A stretch of DNA of 59,183 bases, the filler included, from Jimgerdemannia flammicorona (Eukaryota), in NCBI GenBank assembly GCA_003990765.1. It is 2 parts of 2 records of this genome, joined end to end, with 100 filler letters (N's around TTAATTAATTAA, not from the genome) between each part and the next. Parts side by side here need not be neighbours in the genome. Positions count along the whole stretch, not along the records: positions 1 to 29,543 come from RBNJ01000490.1; positions 29,644 to 59,183 come from RBNJ01000491.1. One strand, given 5' to 3'. The notes under the pieces were generated by a model that saw only the letters and a list, made by a program, of their open reading frames with translations, made no database searches and was not told where the DNA came from. Position numbers and translations under genes: made by a program. Positions 25,620 through 39,276 of this stretch are shown piece after piece. Within the stretch, counting starts at the first letter, position 1; every line of letters begins with the position of its first letter.

Positions 25620-28600
25620 TGTAATAGACCACAATGTACCATTTGAATTATAACTTAGTCAGATAATGCAAACAATTAGCATACTTACTCAGCATGATGT
25701 GACTTCTAGTGTATCATAGTTACTCATGCCAGCCACACTTATAATTAGCCAAGACACTAGATCAGGATTGTTTACCTGTATCCTGAGGACACACTCATGT
25801 CCTGCAGACACACTCATGTCCTGCAGACACACTCATGTCCTGTGGACACACCTGTACCCAGAGGACACACTCAAACATTACTGAAGATAGAAAATCTATA
25901 GTTAGCCACATAGTAACCAGATAGCAACCAACTTGTATAAATTACCCCAGAGGCGAGAGTGAATAAAACCTCAGTACGAAAAGTCTGAAATTGAAGCAAA
26001 AGACAAGTCTGCCTACCACACTTCGAGAGGAACTCTACAGCCACTGTTAGGAGATTGTGAGCTTATTTCCCCTTTCCACTCCAGTCCACTTTCCAATATA
26101 AAGAACAAGTTCGTTTTTGGTACACTTGCCAGATAAACCTGAAGAATCCAAGTTTCCCACCAAGTTCAAGGAAGAACTTCGCTGTATTCCCAGAAAGCCA
26201 CCTTGCTCAAGCCAGTTTCTGATGCAACTTCGCAGTGATCTGTTCATGCAAATGAAGCCAGTCTTTGACACAACTTTGCCAAGAGACCCTTTCCAAGCTG
26301 CCATCCCATTTCCCAGTTGAAGCCGCCGATTTAGAAGAATCTGCACCATTGTATTCCCAGTTAAAGCCGCCGACTCAGGAAGAATCCGCGCCATCCGAGT
26401 TAATTTTCAGTTAAGCCGCTGTCCTCAAGAAACCGCCAATTCAGGAAGAATCTGCATCATCTGAGTTACCCGAGTTATTGAATTATCTACCTCTCACGAC
26501 ATCCGAGTTGTTTGTTATTCCCAGTGAGTCTGTTACAGAAGAATCCATGCCATACAATTCCCAGTAAGCCAAATCGAGCTATCTGCCAGAAATCGCATAC
26601 CTTTGGAAATCACCACGCTACACGAGGATCGTCATGCAGAGATCATTGTGCTACACAGAGATTGTCACGCAGAAATCGCATAAGGAGAACTGCTAAATTA
26701 CCAGACTGTCACGCACAAGGAGATCATCGCACTACACACGAAATTCTGCCATTCCCAGTTGACCCAAGAAGGAAAAGACATACAAATCGCTGCTACACCC
26801 AGAGAACTGTCCCAAAAAGGAAACCTCTCGCAGATATCCAGCTTTGACTATTATTCCACTAAACACCAAGGACCTCAGGAATCATAGAACATTTTGTTGC
26901 TTTTTGACAAAGTAACTGGGGGCTCAAGCCAAACTACATCAACCCCCAACCTTGTAATTTGCCTCCATTGAGCCAGCACGTTATATTTGGGGGCTCAAAT
27001 GGGAAGATTTTAAAATCAACGTGACTTTTCAGCTCACAAGAACCCACAGTCAAACTGGATACATTTGATACAACACCAACCTCTGCCACTACAGGAGAAC
27101 CAGTCATCACTAGCATTTGGACAGGAAGAGAAGTAATCACCTCAAGACTTGCCAACTACCCAGCATCAGAAGGATCCCAACCAGAAGCAGGAGGCAGTAC
27201 AGCCCGAAATCCCCAACCAGATCAACCAGACAATACAGACAGTCCTGCCAGAGATTTTGGAGAACTTGCATAAGAACTAGAAGACTTTATTACCCGGACC
27301 CAACACTTTACAACCAGACACCCCACACTAGTCCCACCAATCTCACCAATAGAACCCCTACCACAACCCCTTACAAAACCAGAAGTAGCCTCTACAAGGA
27401 TACCTAGACCTATTTCATCCCACCCAAGGACCAGAACACCATCTTCAAGATACCCAAGCACCCCTGCCTCTAGTGACAGTTCAGAAAGTAAATCGGAATC
27501 AGAATCTGAACCTGAACCAGAACCAGAAGAAAGTGATGACGAAATGGCCACCTCATTGCCAACCTTTGCAGGATATCTGGAGGAGGACTCCAGGGAATTC
27601 CTTGATGGAATCGAAGGAATTGCAGCCTTGAGAAACCTCTCAGATGAAAGAAAAATCGCCATCTACAAAGCCCAGCTTAGAGAACCAGCCAGAGGAATTT
27701 TCCACCGAACAGCAAATAACCCAGATTCAGAATTGGTAAGACAGATACAAGCAGTATTCTCTGATGAGCTAGAATATGAGGCCATGGTCCACTGGCTCAT
27801 CGAAAAGTATGCAGGAAATGAAACTTGCCACAAGGCTCAGGAATCCATCATGGAGATGAAGATGAATCTTGGAGAATCACCCAGGGCCTTCTTCACAAGA
27901 ATCCAGAAGAGAATGCATTCTGCTGGGTTCAATGCCACCAACCAAGACATCACAGGTCCAATGACCTTCATGAATGAAATTCCTCCAAATATTGCCCAGC
28001 ATGTCCACACCTTAAGCATCAGAAGGTCTGAAGAGCAAGTAGATGCAGCCCAAGGATTCTTTGATGTCAGGCAAGGAACTACCTGGACTAACTATGATAA
28101 GAAGGAAGATAAAGAAGATATCCTGATCAAAGCCCTGCAAGGACTCCTTCAAGGACAAGAAAGGTCTGAAGAAAGAAGGCCAGCTAAGAAAGGAAAGAAG
28201 GACAGAAGTGAAATTCAAGACCTCAGCTCCAAGTTAGACCGACTGGTTGGGCAGATTGAGAAACTCACTACACGTGAAAATCGGGATTACCAAAACAACA
28301 GAGGGTACCCATCACAGAGGAGCCAAGGTTATCCACCAAGAGATAACAGAAATTACCAGCAAGAAGAAAGAAGGTACCCTGTCCGAGACAGAGCCCAAGT
28401 CCAATGCTTCTACTGTAGACAATTTGGATACTATGCCACTGAATGTAACAACAAAAGAAGTGACTGAAGGGACTCAGAACCACCAAACCGAAGGAATGAC
28501 ACCCAGTACAAGAAGACTGAAGTCCATCCTGTTGAAGATTTCGAGGAAGCAAGTAACAGTGAAGACTACAGTGACCTAGACTTGTACCCTACCAAGGTTA

Positions 28601-29543
28601 CCATGTGAAAGACAGTCTAACCAGCAGAAAAAAGAAAGAGACCTGTGGGAAGACCATCCAGGAACATCAGCAGGAGAATCATTCAAGAAGAAGATGAAGA
28701 ACATGAGGAGGAACAAGTTGAAACACCTCCCTGAACCCCCTCACCTTTTGTGCCCAAGACAAATGAACTGCCACCAGAAGATGAAGTATGGGACAAGAAG
28801 AACGAGAACCTGCTGCTCTAAGGTCTAAGAAAAAGCATACTTCAAAGACCATGCCTAGAGACATTTACAATGAAGCCTGGCAGAAGATTCAAGAAGTCAA
28901 GATGGAAGTCCCCCTCCTACAGTTCTTGCAATTAACACCAGCTGGAGTCTGAAACAAATTGCTGAGAACTACCAGGTCTAGCACTGGCTGAGTTCTAATC
29001 CCACAGTAAGAACCAGCTTCCATTCTGGTCCAAGCAGCCAAAAGACATGTCAGCACCTACTTATATGGAGTTATTGGAGGACAAAAAGCAAAAATCCTCA
29101 TAGATACAGGAGCAGCTGTCTGTGTCATTGCCAAATGATTCTTGGACACACTCCAATGGCCCATTGATGGACCATCCAACCTCAGCATCATAGTAGCAGA
29201 TGGAGCCCGAATGCAACTCCTTGGAGAAGTACGAAATATCACCATCTCCCTTGGACACATTCAGTTCTCCATCCCCAAAGCTGTTGTCACTGAAGCTGTC
29301 ACCTATGACATGATTCTTGGTATCAACTGGATGAAGGAAATGAATGCAGTTGTCAATATCGGCCAACAAGTACTCAAGTTTGACTACCGAGGTAAGAAGT
29401 ACAGAGTTAAGGTGATCAGCTATGAGCAATCGAAGAAGAAAAAGAAGGTCACTATTCAGGAAGAGTATGCCAGCAGTGAAGAATCTACCACAGAAGAAGA
29501 AGAAGAATCCAAAGATGGAAATGATCCCAGACTCAATCCCCGA
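25620..29543 (+). mobile_element. Ty3/Gypsy element B (5' LTR 25620-26985, tRNA-Pro PBS 26988-27005, gag-protease), truncated by the gap
   Basis: LTR runs TGTAA...CACGTTATA, then TGGGGGCTC. Gag ORF 27544-28467 has a zinc knuckle 'CFYCRQFGYYATEC'. Protease 'ILIDTGAA' (~29094-29118) and 'DMILGINWM'. Less decayed than element A. Confidence 0.9.
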
Positions 29544-29643
29544 NNNNNNNNNNNNNNNNNNNNNNNNNNNNNNNNNNNNNNNNNNNNTTAATTAATTAAN
29601 NNNNNNNNNNNNNNNNNNNNNNNNNNNNNNNNNNNNNNNNNNN
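29544..29643. other. Artificial contig linker N44-TTAATTAATTAA-N44
   Basis: Exactly 100 bp, with a central 12-mer giving stops in all six frames. Confidence 0.95.
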
Positions 29644-30809
29644 GGACTCATATCCCGCGGAATTTTATTGGAAGAGAACCTAGACTATATAGGCCAAAAC
29701 CCTCCCCCACCACCCACCAAGCACTGCCCCCCCATTAACCTAGGCTAGCTATTGTCCAGCAGCTTGACCATGCCAGGCGCAGCAGGGCTAATGTGCCCGC
29801 ACCTCATTCTGCACACCATGCTCTCCCTACTACCAGGGGAAACCCAACCATATGCCAATGACCGAAAGCACATGCCTGAGAACCCAACGTATGTACAAGG
29901 CCATGCCCGAGCTGAATAGAATAGCCCCTGCCACCCCAAAGAGAGTGACAGGCAAATAAAAAACCCTCATCAAAGCACAACACAGTGGGTAGGGCCTGGT
30001 TCTCCCAGTCGAGGTGAGTAAAGGACTTACACGTGAGGTGGGAGGAAACCCCCAATACCCCACTACTCAAGCCTGCGGGCCTCGATCACATTGCCATGTC
30101 AGCTCTCGGTTCCAGTTGAGTGCAGCCAAGATACCTGAAATGGGTAGCCTCAGGCCTCCTGACCCCCTCTGATGACTGGGGCCCAACCCCGCTGACTGCC
30201 AAAAGAAGCCGATAGTGACACCTACCACTTAACTACGCTGCACCAATCAAAAGGCCCCACTGAAGCAGCACCTGCCCCAGCCCCGACAACTGCCCCCAGC
30301 CTGGCACCTTATTGGTTCACTGTAATCGCCCTTCCGCCTATCTGTAACAGCCATCTCCCCTCTCATCCCGACAATACCCGAAAAGCAGTCACCTATGCCA
30401 GAACCGCGCTTGCCAGGAAGCTCGCCAAAGCCAGAGGGCCCCACCACAGGCACCGAAGACCTGTAGGTAACCTACACTGAGCACTTGATGCCCAAGGTTG
30501 ACTGACTCCCTACGTAGCCCAAGATACACCGAGACAACTCCTTGTTGGCGACAGCAAAAGGAAGAAGGCGCTGCACCAAAACGGGTACACTCCAGATGCA
30601 GCCGAAGGCACCAGAATCCACGAAAAAGTGGAGGAAGCACTGATCCAACACCGATAAAGGGGCAACTCATCACCATTGTCCTCCTCCCACCATGCCCCTG
30701 CAGGTACAGCAAACCAACCCAAGGTAGAGGGGGTAATAATAGGGGAAAGGGGACTTGGAAGGTCGCCTACCAAACCTTGTGACCAGTAAGGTAGCAAAGA
30801 AAGGAACCA
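29644..30809 (-). mobile_element. SINE-like 1.2-kb element, copy B (tail lost in the gap)
   Basis: Colinear with 11525-12689 and ends at the same position. Retains more CpGs than the other copies. Confidence 0.85.
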
Positions 30810-31217
30810 AATCTACCTACTATACTTCAAGAGATATATCTACTAAGAGTCACTTGATTTAAGAAAAGAATTGTTTAAGTAGTGGGGTATTGAGGGTCTT
30901 CTCCCACCTTACATATAAGTCCTTTATGTACCTTGACTAGAAGAACCAGGTTCTACTCACTATGATATACTTTGATGAGGGTTTTTCTTTGCCTGTCATT
31001 CTCTTTGGGGTGGCAGGGGCTATTTTATTCAGCTTAGATGTGACCTTATATATATGTTAGGGTCTTGGGCATGCACTTTCAGTCATTGGTGTATGGCTGA
31101 GTTCTCCCTAGTGGTAGAGAGAATATGGTGTACAAAATGAGATACAGGCCAACATAGGCCCTGCTGCACCTGGCATGGTTGAGCTGCTAGATAATAGCTA
31201 GCCTAAATTAATAGAGA

Positions 31218-32210
31218 TATAAGAGGATTACTTGTTAGAGTAACTGTTATGTAGTTCTGGAAGGGTTTTTTTGGAAGTTTTAGATATTCTGAAAGACTGT
31301 TTTCTTAAGGTCAAGATCAATTTCATATAGAGTATATCCTCTATACTTATTGATTTTAAGATTGGATTGACATCTTAACCAAAGTTCTTTTTCAGACTAG
31401 TTCTAGATTTTCAGGATTTTCCATATTTTAGAAAGTTTAAGAAACTAAGACCAGCTTAGTTGAATTGGCATATTACTACAGACAATACCTAATTAGAAAA
31501 TTTCATAATGGGGTTAGGAGTGGGACCTATCAGGGAGTGAATTTACTTAAGAGTGGTTTGTAGATTATTAAATAGATTTATTTGCTATTCATATTATTGC
31601 TATACTAGAAGTAGTTGTATGAAGGGATATTGTGGAAAAGTGCTCAGAAGTTGTATTTTGATTGTTCAAGTCTGAGATTCTGAGATCTGGGAGAGGGGGT
31701 ATTTATACTAGTGAGGGGCTATCTGGGCTATACTAAATATAGATATAGTACTTAGTATCTTGCTAAGTTGGAATGCAGTCACATAGTACAAGTGTGATCT
31801 GATATATTAAGAGATGTCTGACTGCTGAGTCAGTTCACTGTCATATCATATAAGGCTAATCTAACTATACTATGACTGCTAAGCTATTTATAGGTTTAGA
31901 TGCTATCTGGTTAGTCTTTGATGACATTATTATTAATAACATTATCTCTGGCAAAGTCTGAGCAGTTTTCTGACTTCTGACATCATCAGTTTCAAAGGTG
32001 TTGTTACTTCTATCTCTTGCAAAATTAAGACTGTCCTTGGTGGCAGTGGTTGTATAAGGATAACAGGTCTTGGTTCTCTTTTTTTTTAGACTTCTGGCAC
32101 ATTTGCAAGGACTGGCCATCCTCCTCCTAGGGGGATCAGATAGGGGTAGGGCACTGTGTATTATATAGAGGATAGACTAGAGCATTAATAAAGAATGGAG
32201 TCCAAGTGAC

Positions 32211-32284
<74 letters not shown>

Positions 32285-32885
32285 ACTGATCATTCTTATC
32301 TAAGGCAAGGGTTCCCAATATCACAGCTGGGGGTTCAAATCTCTCAGAAATGATATTTTCTGTAATCTAAGGCAATTTCTAGTAGTAATATCTATCATGT
32401 GGATGGGCTTGAGATTGGTTTCGATGATATTGGCTTTCTTGAGTTCAGATGAAGCATCTATCATTCTCTAATGGAGGTGACACAGATAGAGTAAATAGAG
32501 TTGTTCAAATATATTTTACTTCTGCTAAGTAATGAGGTCTTGTATAGTTATGGTATATCTTGGTCTTGAGTTAATAAGTACAGTTCATGAACCTTTGATG
32601 GATAAGATAGAGTTCTTCTTATCTTGGTTTGATTTTGGTACTTTTGGTTTCCTTTTATAATAGTATAGTATACTAAACTTGTTATAGAGATTCAGAGTCA
32701 GTCTTATGGTTATAGTACTTCTTCTGATATTCTTATGTCTTGGCAGTAGGTTCTTATGCTTGCTGGCATATTTTGTGTAATCAGATAATCTCTTCAGTAA
32801 CTTGTTTTGTAGTCTCACATATAGTTTCCAAATTGGTTCTGAGAATGATATGCAATTTTGGTGGCTTAGAGATTGTACACTTATA
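31218..32885 (-). mobile_element. Solo LTR of the chromovirus family
   Basis: The minus strand starts TATAAGTGTACAATCTCTAAGCCACCAAAATTG (compare 15138 and 23399). 31218-31960 matches the 3' half of those LTRs. Confidence 0.85.
32123..32280 (+). mobile_element. Extreme 3' stub of a LINE with a long poly(A)
   Basis: 'AATAAA...GAGTCCAAGTGACTAT(A)n' matches the 3' end of the LINE at 11122-11150. Diverged TSD AAGGACTGGCCATCCT / AAGGACTGATCATTCT. Confidence 0.7.
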
Positions 32886-33089
32886 GGGGGGGCAGTGCTT
32901 GATGGGTGGTAGAGGAGGGTTTTGGTCTATATAGTCTAGGTTCTCTTTCAATAAAAATCTATGAGACATTGAGTCCATTAAAATAAAAAATAAAAAATAA
33001 AAAAAATTGTAATACTTAGGAGAAATATCTACTCTAAAGCCACTTTTAGAAGATTGTAAGCTTGGTTCTCTTTTTTCACTCTGGTCTAC

Positions 33090-33465
33090 TTTCTGATATA
33101 TAGCCTGAGGTTACTATTAAGTTTAAGTGAAGAACTTTACTGCTATTTTTTATATTTTAGTATACTTGTCAGATAAAATCAGAAGTCTGCTAATTTAGAA
33201 AAAATCCACATTATTTAAGTTATTAAGTTATTTATCATCTGAGTTATTTGAGTTATTTACTATTTTCAAAAAGTCTGCTAATTTAGAAAGAATTTATATC
33301 AAAACAAAGTTACATATCTATTAGCTTATTACTTAATATAGAATACTACTAATTTACTATATTATATCAGATTACCAAGATCATCACATTAGAAAATTAC
33401 ATACTTTTGGAAATTACTACACTATATAGAGACTGTTATGTATATAGAAATTATATAAGAAATCG
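33090..33465 (+). mobile_element. Internal fragment of an element A/B-family LTR
   Basis: The 'aagtctgctaatttagaaagaat...accagattaccaagatcatca' pattern matches 10270-10500 and 3540-3830. Confidence 0.55.
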
Positions 33466-35714
33466 TATTATATTGAGGAGGCCAAGTAAGTTATAATTAA
33501 AACATATCAGAAAAACTATATACTGTTATAAGATTCTGACTGAAGTCTAGATGAATATACTAAAGAGTCTCTTCTATTACATATTTACTTCAGCAGAAAG
33601 AGGAAGAGAAAGCCATCAGTGAAAGAACTGCCATCAATAGATAAACTCACTATTTATCTTACTAGCAATCATATAATTTTATTGGAGAATATGAAGATAC
33701 TCAACTGATAGAAGATGCGGTGTCTTCTCACAAGTAGATAGTGGAGTTGGGCCAATTTTACCTACCATTCTAATTATCATTCTAACCCCCAGGGCATGCA
33801 GCCACAGATGTATCAAATAGACTTCCCCAGCCTATATGGTATGACTTGAGACTATCTGGTCATTTCTGCCACTAGTGCTCTAGTCAAGCAAGTGTTCTCT
33901 AGTAGAGTGGATCTTGTTTCTCCTAAGAGATGTATACTGAATACTGAGGCAATCTAGACCTATATATGTCTAAAGTCTTGGTAGAAAATGGGCTGCTAAA
34001 ATTGGATGAGTTCTGTAGTATTAAACAAAAATAGTTAGAAATAAATTATTTTTTGTAAATTATTTAAAGAAAAAAAAGTTCAGCTCAGAGCATAGAGTAG
34101 CTGGCAGAGGGTGCATACTAGTGTTTGCAGCTCTATACCAGTCCAAGTGAGATCAGTAGAGTTGGTGGAGTTGGTGAGAGTCAGCAGAGTTAGTAGAGAG
34201 AGAGCATATAAAATTTACAGCCCTCCATGGTGACTCCAAGCTATAAGTTAGTGCAAAAGTCCAGATCAGAGGGAGTATGTAGAATTTGTAGTCTAATAAC
34301 CCACTGTGAGAAGTAACTTTAAGCAGTCAGACTCTAGTACAGATCAGACTCTAGTATAGATTTGGGTCCCATAGACACTCTGGTCCTATACTATAGTACT
34401 GCATCAGTAGTATCATAAAGTAGGACCAAGGAGCTAGTAGAGTCTGGCAAAACTAGTGCTGCAAAACAAACAAAGTGAAGTGAGAGTTGACAGAGTTAGT
34501 GAAGAGAGTGCAGCTCTCTGTCAGTGGTATAGAACAGCCCTAAGCTGCAAGTTGATACAGGGTATGTTGGAGAGAGTATGCAGAATTTGTGGCCTAATGA
34601 CCCACTGTGAGAAGTAACTTCAAGTAGTCAGACTCTGGTGTAGATCAGACTCTGGTACAGATTTGGGTCCCACTAGTACTCTGTAGTACTATACTAGTAG
34701 TACTACAAAGCAGAGCCAAGGGACTAGTAGAGCCTGGCAAAAAGCTAAAAGCTAAAAACTAGTGCTATAAACAAAAGAGGTACCTGGCTATCTAACCCTT
34801 ATAAAAGACAACCTAACTCTCACAAAAGACTACCTAACCTTCACAAAAGGCTGCCTAATCTTCACAAAACTGCTCCACCCACTAGTCTCAGGCCTTGATG
34901 AGCTAATTATCTATTATAAGTATAACAACTGTAGTATCTGAGCTCTCCTCAAAGGCAATAGTATCATAGAGATTGTGTGGTTGATATAGAATGGCCATGT
35001 TGGCTGCAAATAGAACCCCAAAACTATAATAAGATTATATCAGATATTACTACTATCCTTCCAAGTTGGGCCCTTCCTTTCCAGAATATAAAACATTACT
35101 GAAGTAATATTGTTATCTGTGTGTGGATAGAGAAACATTATACCTAATATACTCCAATATGATGTAAGTATATAATTGGGTGAACTCTTGGCCCAGGACC
35201 TCATATTGTTAGATAGTACTAGAGAATATATATCTGTTCTTCATCCAGTCCTAGGAGTAGTGCTCCGAATGAGTCAATTTAAATCAAATCCAGATTCAAT
35301 TCATCATATGATAGTTTGATCTGAATCTCAAATCTGAAGCCATCCAAATTAACTCAGATTAATTCAAATCACCTCATCTGAATCACTCCATCCAAATCAT
35401 CCATCTGAACCACCCCAATCTGAATTACTCAATCTGAATCACTCAATCTGAATTACTCAATCTAAATCACTCAATTCAAATCACTCAATTCAAATCACTT
35501 AATCTAAATTCTCCAATTTGAATCCTTCAATTTGAATCCTCCAATTTGAATCCTTTAATTTGAATTCTCATTCAAATCCTTCAACTGAATCCTTCAATCC
35601 AAATCCTCCACATGACTCATATGCTAGATGCATCCACATATACAATACACATATATGCATACATAATATATACATATACATACATATATATATACAAATA
35701 TACAAATATACATA

Positions 35715-38277
35715 TTGACAGATCAGTCTTCAACAGTTCACAGTACTAATAATGCTTCAAGTCAAACATCTCTGATAGTTCCACACCTTCCATGCAATCC
35801 TTACTCTAAAATCTAGCAATATTATACTAAGATAGAAGATGATGTTGTTTGTAATTATTGCAGATAAAAAATTAAGACACACCTATTGATACTTTTTGTT
35901 TGACACATACATAATATTGTTTCATCCACCCCCATAAACTGTACCAGCCAAAAGTTCAAAATGCTTAATGGTATGACTTTGAATATATATTAACATATAA
36001 AAGACAAGTACTCTGACAAAATCAAAAAGAACATGGAGATAAATAAAATTGACATCCAAGCTATAGTGGGTATGTTTATCCAATTGTCTGACTATTTCTG
36101 TACTAACAATGCTATTTAATCAAAAATATTTAGCCATACTCTTTGGTAGAATTTTGAAATTGGCTCATTCGCTGAATTATATACACAGACCAGTCATTCA
36201 CAACCATCAAGAGTGATCAATTGCATAGCATCTTTGGCCTTCTCAAGTATTATTTATATTTGTCAAGTACTGATACTATTCACAAAGATATTCTGGAGAT
36301 CTATAGGAAGAAGCATGACAATCTCTATCAGACACTTTAGGTAAAATAAAGGCAGCACCATGACCTTTGCAAGCTGAATTATATAAAAGAGCTTACCAAT
36401 TTAACCTCACATTCAATAAGTAGAATTTGGCAGGCAAAATTTTATTTATGATCAACACATAGACATCTCCTAATGCAATTTCATTTCTGAACATTACCAG
36501 TCATTGGATTGACCTTGATTAGCAGCTTAAATCTCTCACTCTTGACTTCATCAAACTTGCTGGTCCTCATTCTAGAGACAATATCACAGATGCTTTTATT
36601 AGTTATATCTGGGAGCTTGGGATTACAACCAAGGTAAAAAAGAGAGGCTTGTCATCAGATTGGCATTTTGAGAGAGGTCTTAAAACAAACCAGATTTTAT
36701 TAGTTATTTATTTTCATATAAATTTACTGACTGAATATTTCAAGTACAGATTTTGGCCATTATGATGGACAATGCTACAAATAACTCAATATTTTTCCAA
36801 GTTTTAGTAGCTAGCCTCAAACAGGAAAATATAGCCTTTAGTGCAGAAAGCTGCTGTATGTAATGCCAGACCCACATACTGAACTTTGCTGTTCAGGACT
36901 ATCTCATGCATATAGACAAAACATCTGAGAGAGGAGAGGCCCTGAGTATAATTTCCAAGCTATGTAAACTGGTTGTATCAGTCTGATCATCTCCACAATA
37001 ATGAGACAAATTTGCTGCATAGTGTAGGGTAATCAGTTTAGCCCTAAAAGAGCTTATATTAGATGTCTGTATACATTGGAACTCAACATTTACAATGATC
37101 CAGTATATGCTAGAGTTTGCTGTGGTATGCATTCTTTTTTTCTTCAGTCAGCTGAAGTAACTTGTTTTGGATGATTGAAGATTTATTTTTAAAAAAAAAA
37201 AAAAACAAAAAAAGCCAATAGATTCAATGGTGGCTGCTGATAAGAAAATATGGGCCAAGGCTCTAGGTGAAAGTAAGTGGGATGTACTTAGGAATATTGT
37301 CAGAGTTTTGGAAGTAAGTGGTAATTGCTCTGGCTTTATACTTGTTTTATCTACCTCTACACTCATTTTGTCTGCCTCCACACAATGCAATATCTCACCA
37401 CATATAACTGCCAGTGTTTTGACAATTGTATGAAGGATATAGTCAAACAAATAACCCAGTATACAACCTTCTGATTGGCTGGCTAGAGAACAAGCTTGAG
37501 GACAGGCTGGAGGGTTGCAGTGATTTATAGTTAAGCCTGGATCAGAGAGATACCATGGAGGTTGCTCTAAGCAAGCTCAGAAAATACTACTTCCAAACAA
37601 ATACTACTGTATACTCAATCAGTACAGGTATGTCAATATCAGCATATGGCCATTGCCCCTTCCAAAACAGAGAAACTCCTGCAAAAACTCACTCTCCTTT
37701 TCTTCAAATAGTGCTAGATCCATGCTTAAAGCTATAATACTATAAAGATCAGAGCTGGGAGCAATACTTCATTGAGAGAACTAAGTAGACCATAATTGAA
37801 GTGTACTAGAAAAACTATGTACTGCTACAAGGTTCTGGCTGAAGTCTAGATGAATATACTGAGGAATCCCTCCTGTCCTACATTTACTTCAGCAGAAAGA
37901 GGAAGAGGGAGCTATCAGTGGAAGAGCTGCCATTAATAGATGAACTTACTATTTATCTCACCAGTGACTGTGATCCTGCTAGAGGGCATGGAGATACTCA
38001 ACTGGTGGAAGGTGGGTTGTTAGGCAGATGTTGGGCCAATTTAACCCACCAATCTAACCACTACTCTATCCACTGAGGTATGTAGCTGTATAAAATGAAC
38101 TTCCCTAGTCTATATGGTATGGCTCAGAACTATCTGGCAATTCCTATCTCTAGTGCTCCTATCAAGTGAGTGTTCTCAGGTAGGGTGGACCTCATTGTCC
38201 CAAAGAGGTATATATTGAACACTAAGACAATCTGAGTATATATGTGTCTGAAGTCTTGGTGGGGCTTGGGCCACTAA
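35715..38277 (+). pseudogene. Intron-containing hAT transposase (BED finger, DDE core, dimerisation domain), decayed
   Basis: 'SKI*QYYTKIEDDVVCNYC' (BED finger), 'INT*TSPN...ITSHWID', 'MDNATNN', 'CQTHILN' (CxxH), 'DVCIHWNST', 'LDPCLK' and 'YLAIPISSAPIK*VFS...MCLKSW'. Confidence 0.9.
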
Positions 38278-39276
38278 AATTTGGTGGGTCCTAGGAGTTC
38301 ACTGATAAGTTGGTTGGCCTTGTGAAATATTTAATATCTTTCAAAAATAATAAAAAGGGAAAAAAAAACCTAAAGACTCAGCCTGGAGTTTGTGGCTCAA
38401 GTAGGGCAGTAGTCAGTGGGGTTTGTGGCAGCAGCAGAGGGAGTACACAATATTTATAGCCCTCCACCAGCAGCAAGGGGCAGCCCCAAGCTATCAGTGC
38501 CTGGGTCAGTGGGCAGGTCAGTGGGTGGGTATGGGGTCAGTAGAGGGAGCATGCAAAATTTGCAGCCCTCCACCAGCAGCAAGGAGCAGCCCCAAGCTGT
38601 AAGTGTCTGGATCAGGGGGGTTGATGGGGGGGCAGAGGGGGGAGTAAGCAAAGGGAGCATGCAAAATTTGCAGTCCTCTGCTAGCAGCAAGGGGCAGCCC
38701 CAAGCTGTCAGCACCTGGGTCAGTGGGTGGAGTTAGTTGGTGGGGTTGGTGGGCATGGGGTCAGTGGAGAGAGCATGCAAAATTTGTGGCTCTCTGCTGA
38801 TAGCAAGGGGTAGCCCCAAGCTGTAAGTATCTGGGATAGGCAGGGCAGGTGGAGAGAGTATACAAAATTTGCAGCCCTCTATCAGCAGTATAGGGGCAGC
38901 CTCAAGCTGCCAAGGAGTCTAGGGTGGAGGGTGCTCCTAGCAGTTGGAGGGTGCTTCTGGTGGTTGGAAGTACTTCTAGCAGTCAGAGGGTATTTCCAGT
39001 GGTTAGAGGGTACTTCTAGCAGTTGAAGTCCACTATAGATTCAGACTCTATTACTAGTTTGGGTCTCATGGGCACTCTGGTTCTACACTACAGTGCCATA
39101 CTAGTGATACTGCAGAGTAGGGCCAAGAGACTGGTAGGGCCCTGTATAATGGCTAAGCTAGTGCTACAGAAGAGGCACCTGGCCCAACCCCCTATATAAG
39201 ACTGCCCAACCTGTACAAAATGACTGCCTAACCCTTACAAAAGATTGCCTGACCCTTATGAAAGATTGCCTGACTC

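Larger units (their letters stand above)
30873..33006 (+). mobile_element. 5'-truncated SINE-like element, copy D, split by a solo LTR
   Basis: 30873-31217 and 32886-33006 are consecutive reverse-complement pieces of copy A, ending in AATAAA and an A-rich tail. Confidence 0.8.

Noticed and set aside
32136..32324. Poly-Phe and poly-Lys ORFs (also 360-767 and 56612-56940)
   Set aside because: Caused by homopolymer A/T tracts.
32872..33016. ATTGTACACTTA / ATTGTAATACTTA as the TSD of a separate 100-bp insertion
   Set aside because: The left motif is the terminus of the solo LTR, and the 100 bp is the continuation of copy D.
38416..38736. ORFs in the G-rich region after the transposase
   Set aside because: An imperfect tandem-repeat spacer between the two convergent hAT genes, not conserved as an ORF in the outer copy.
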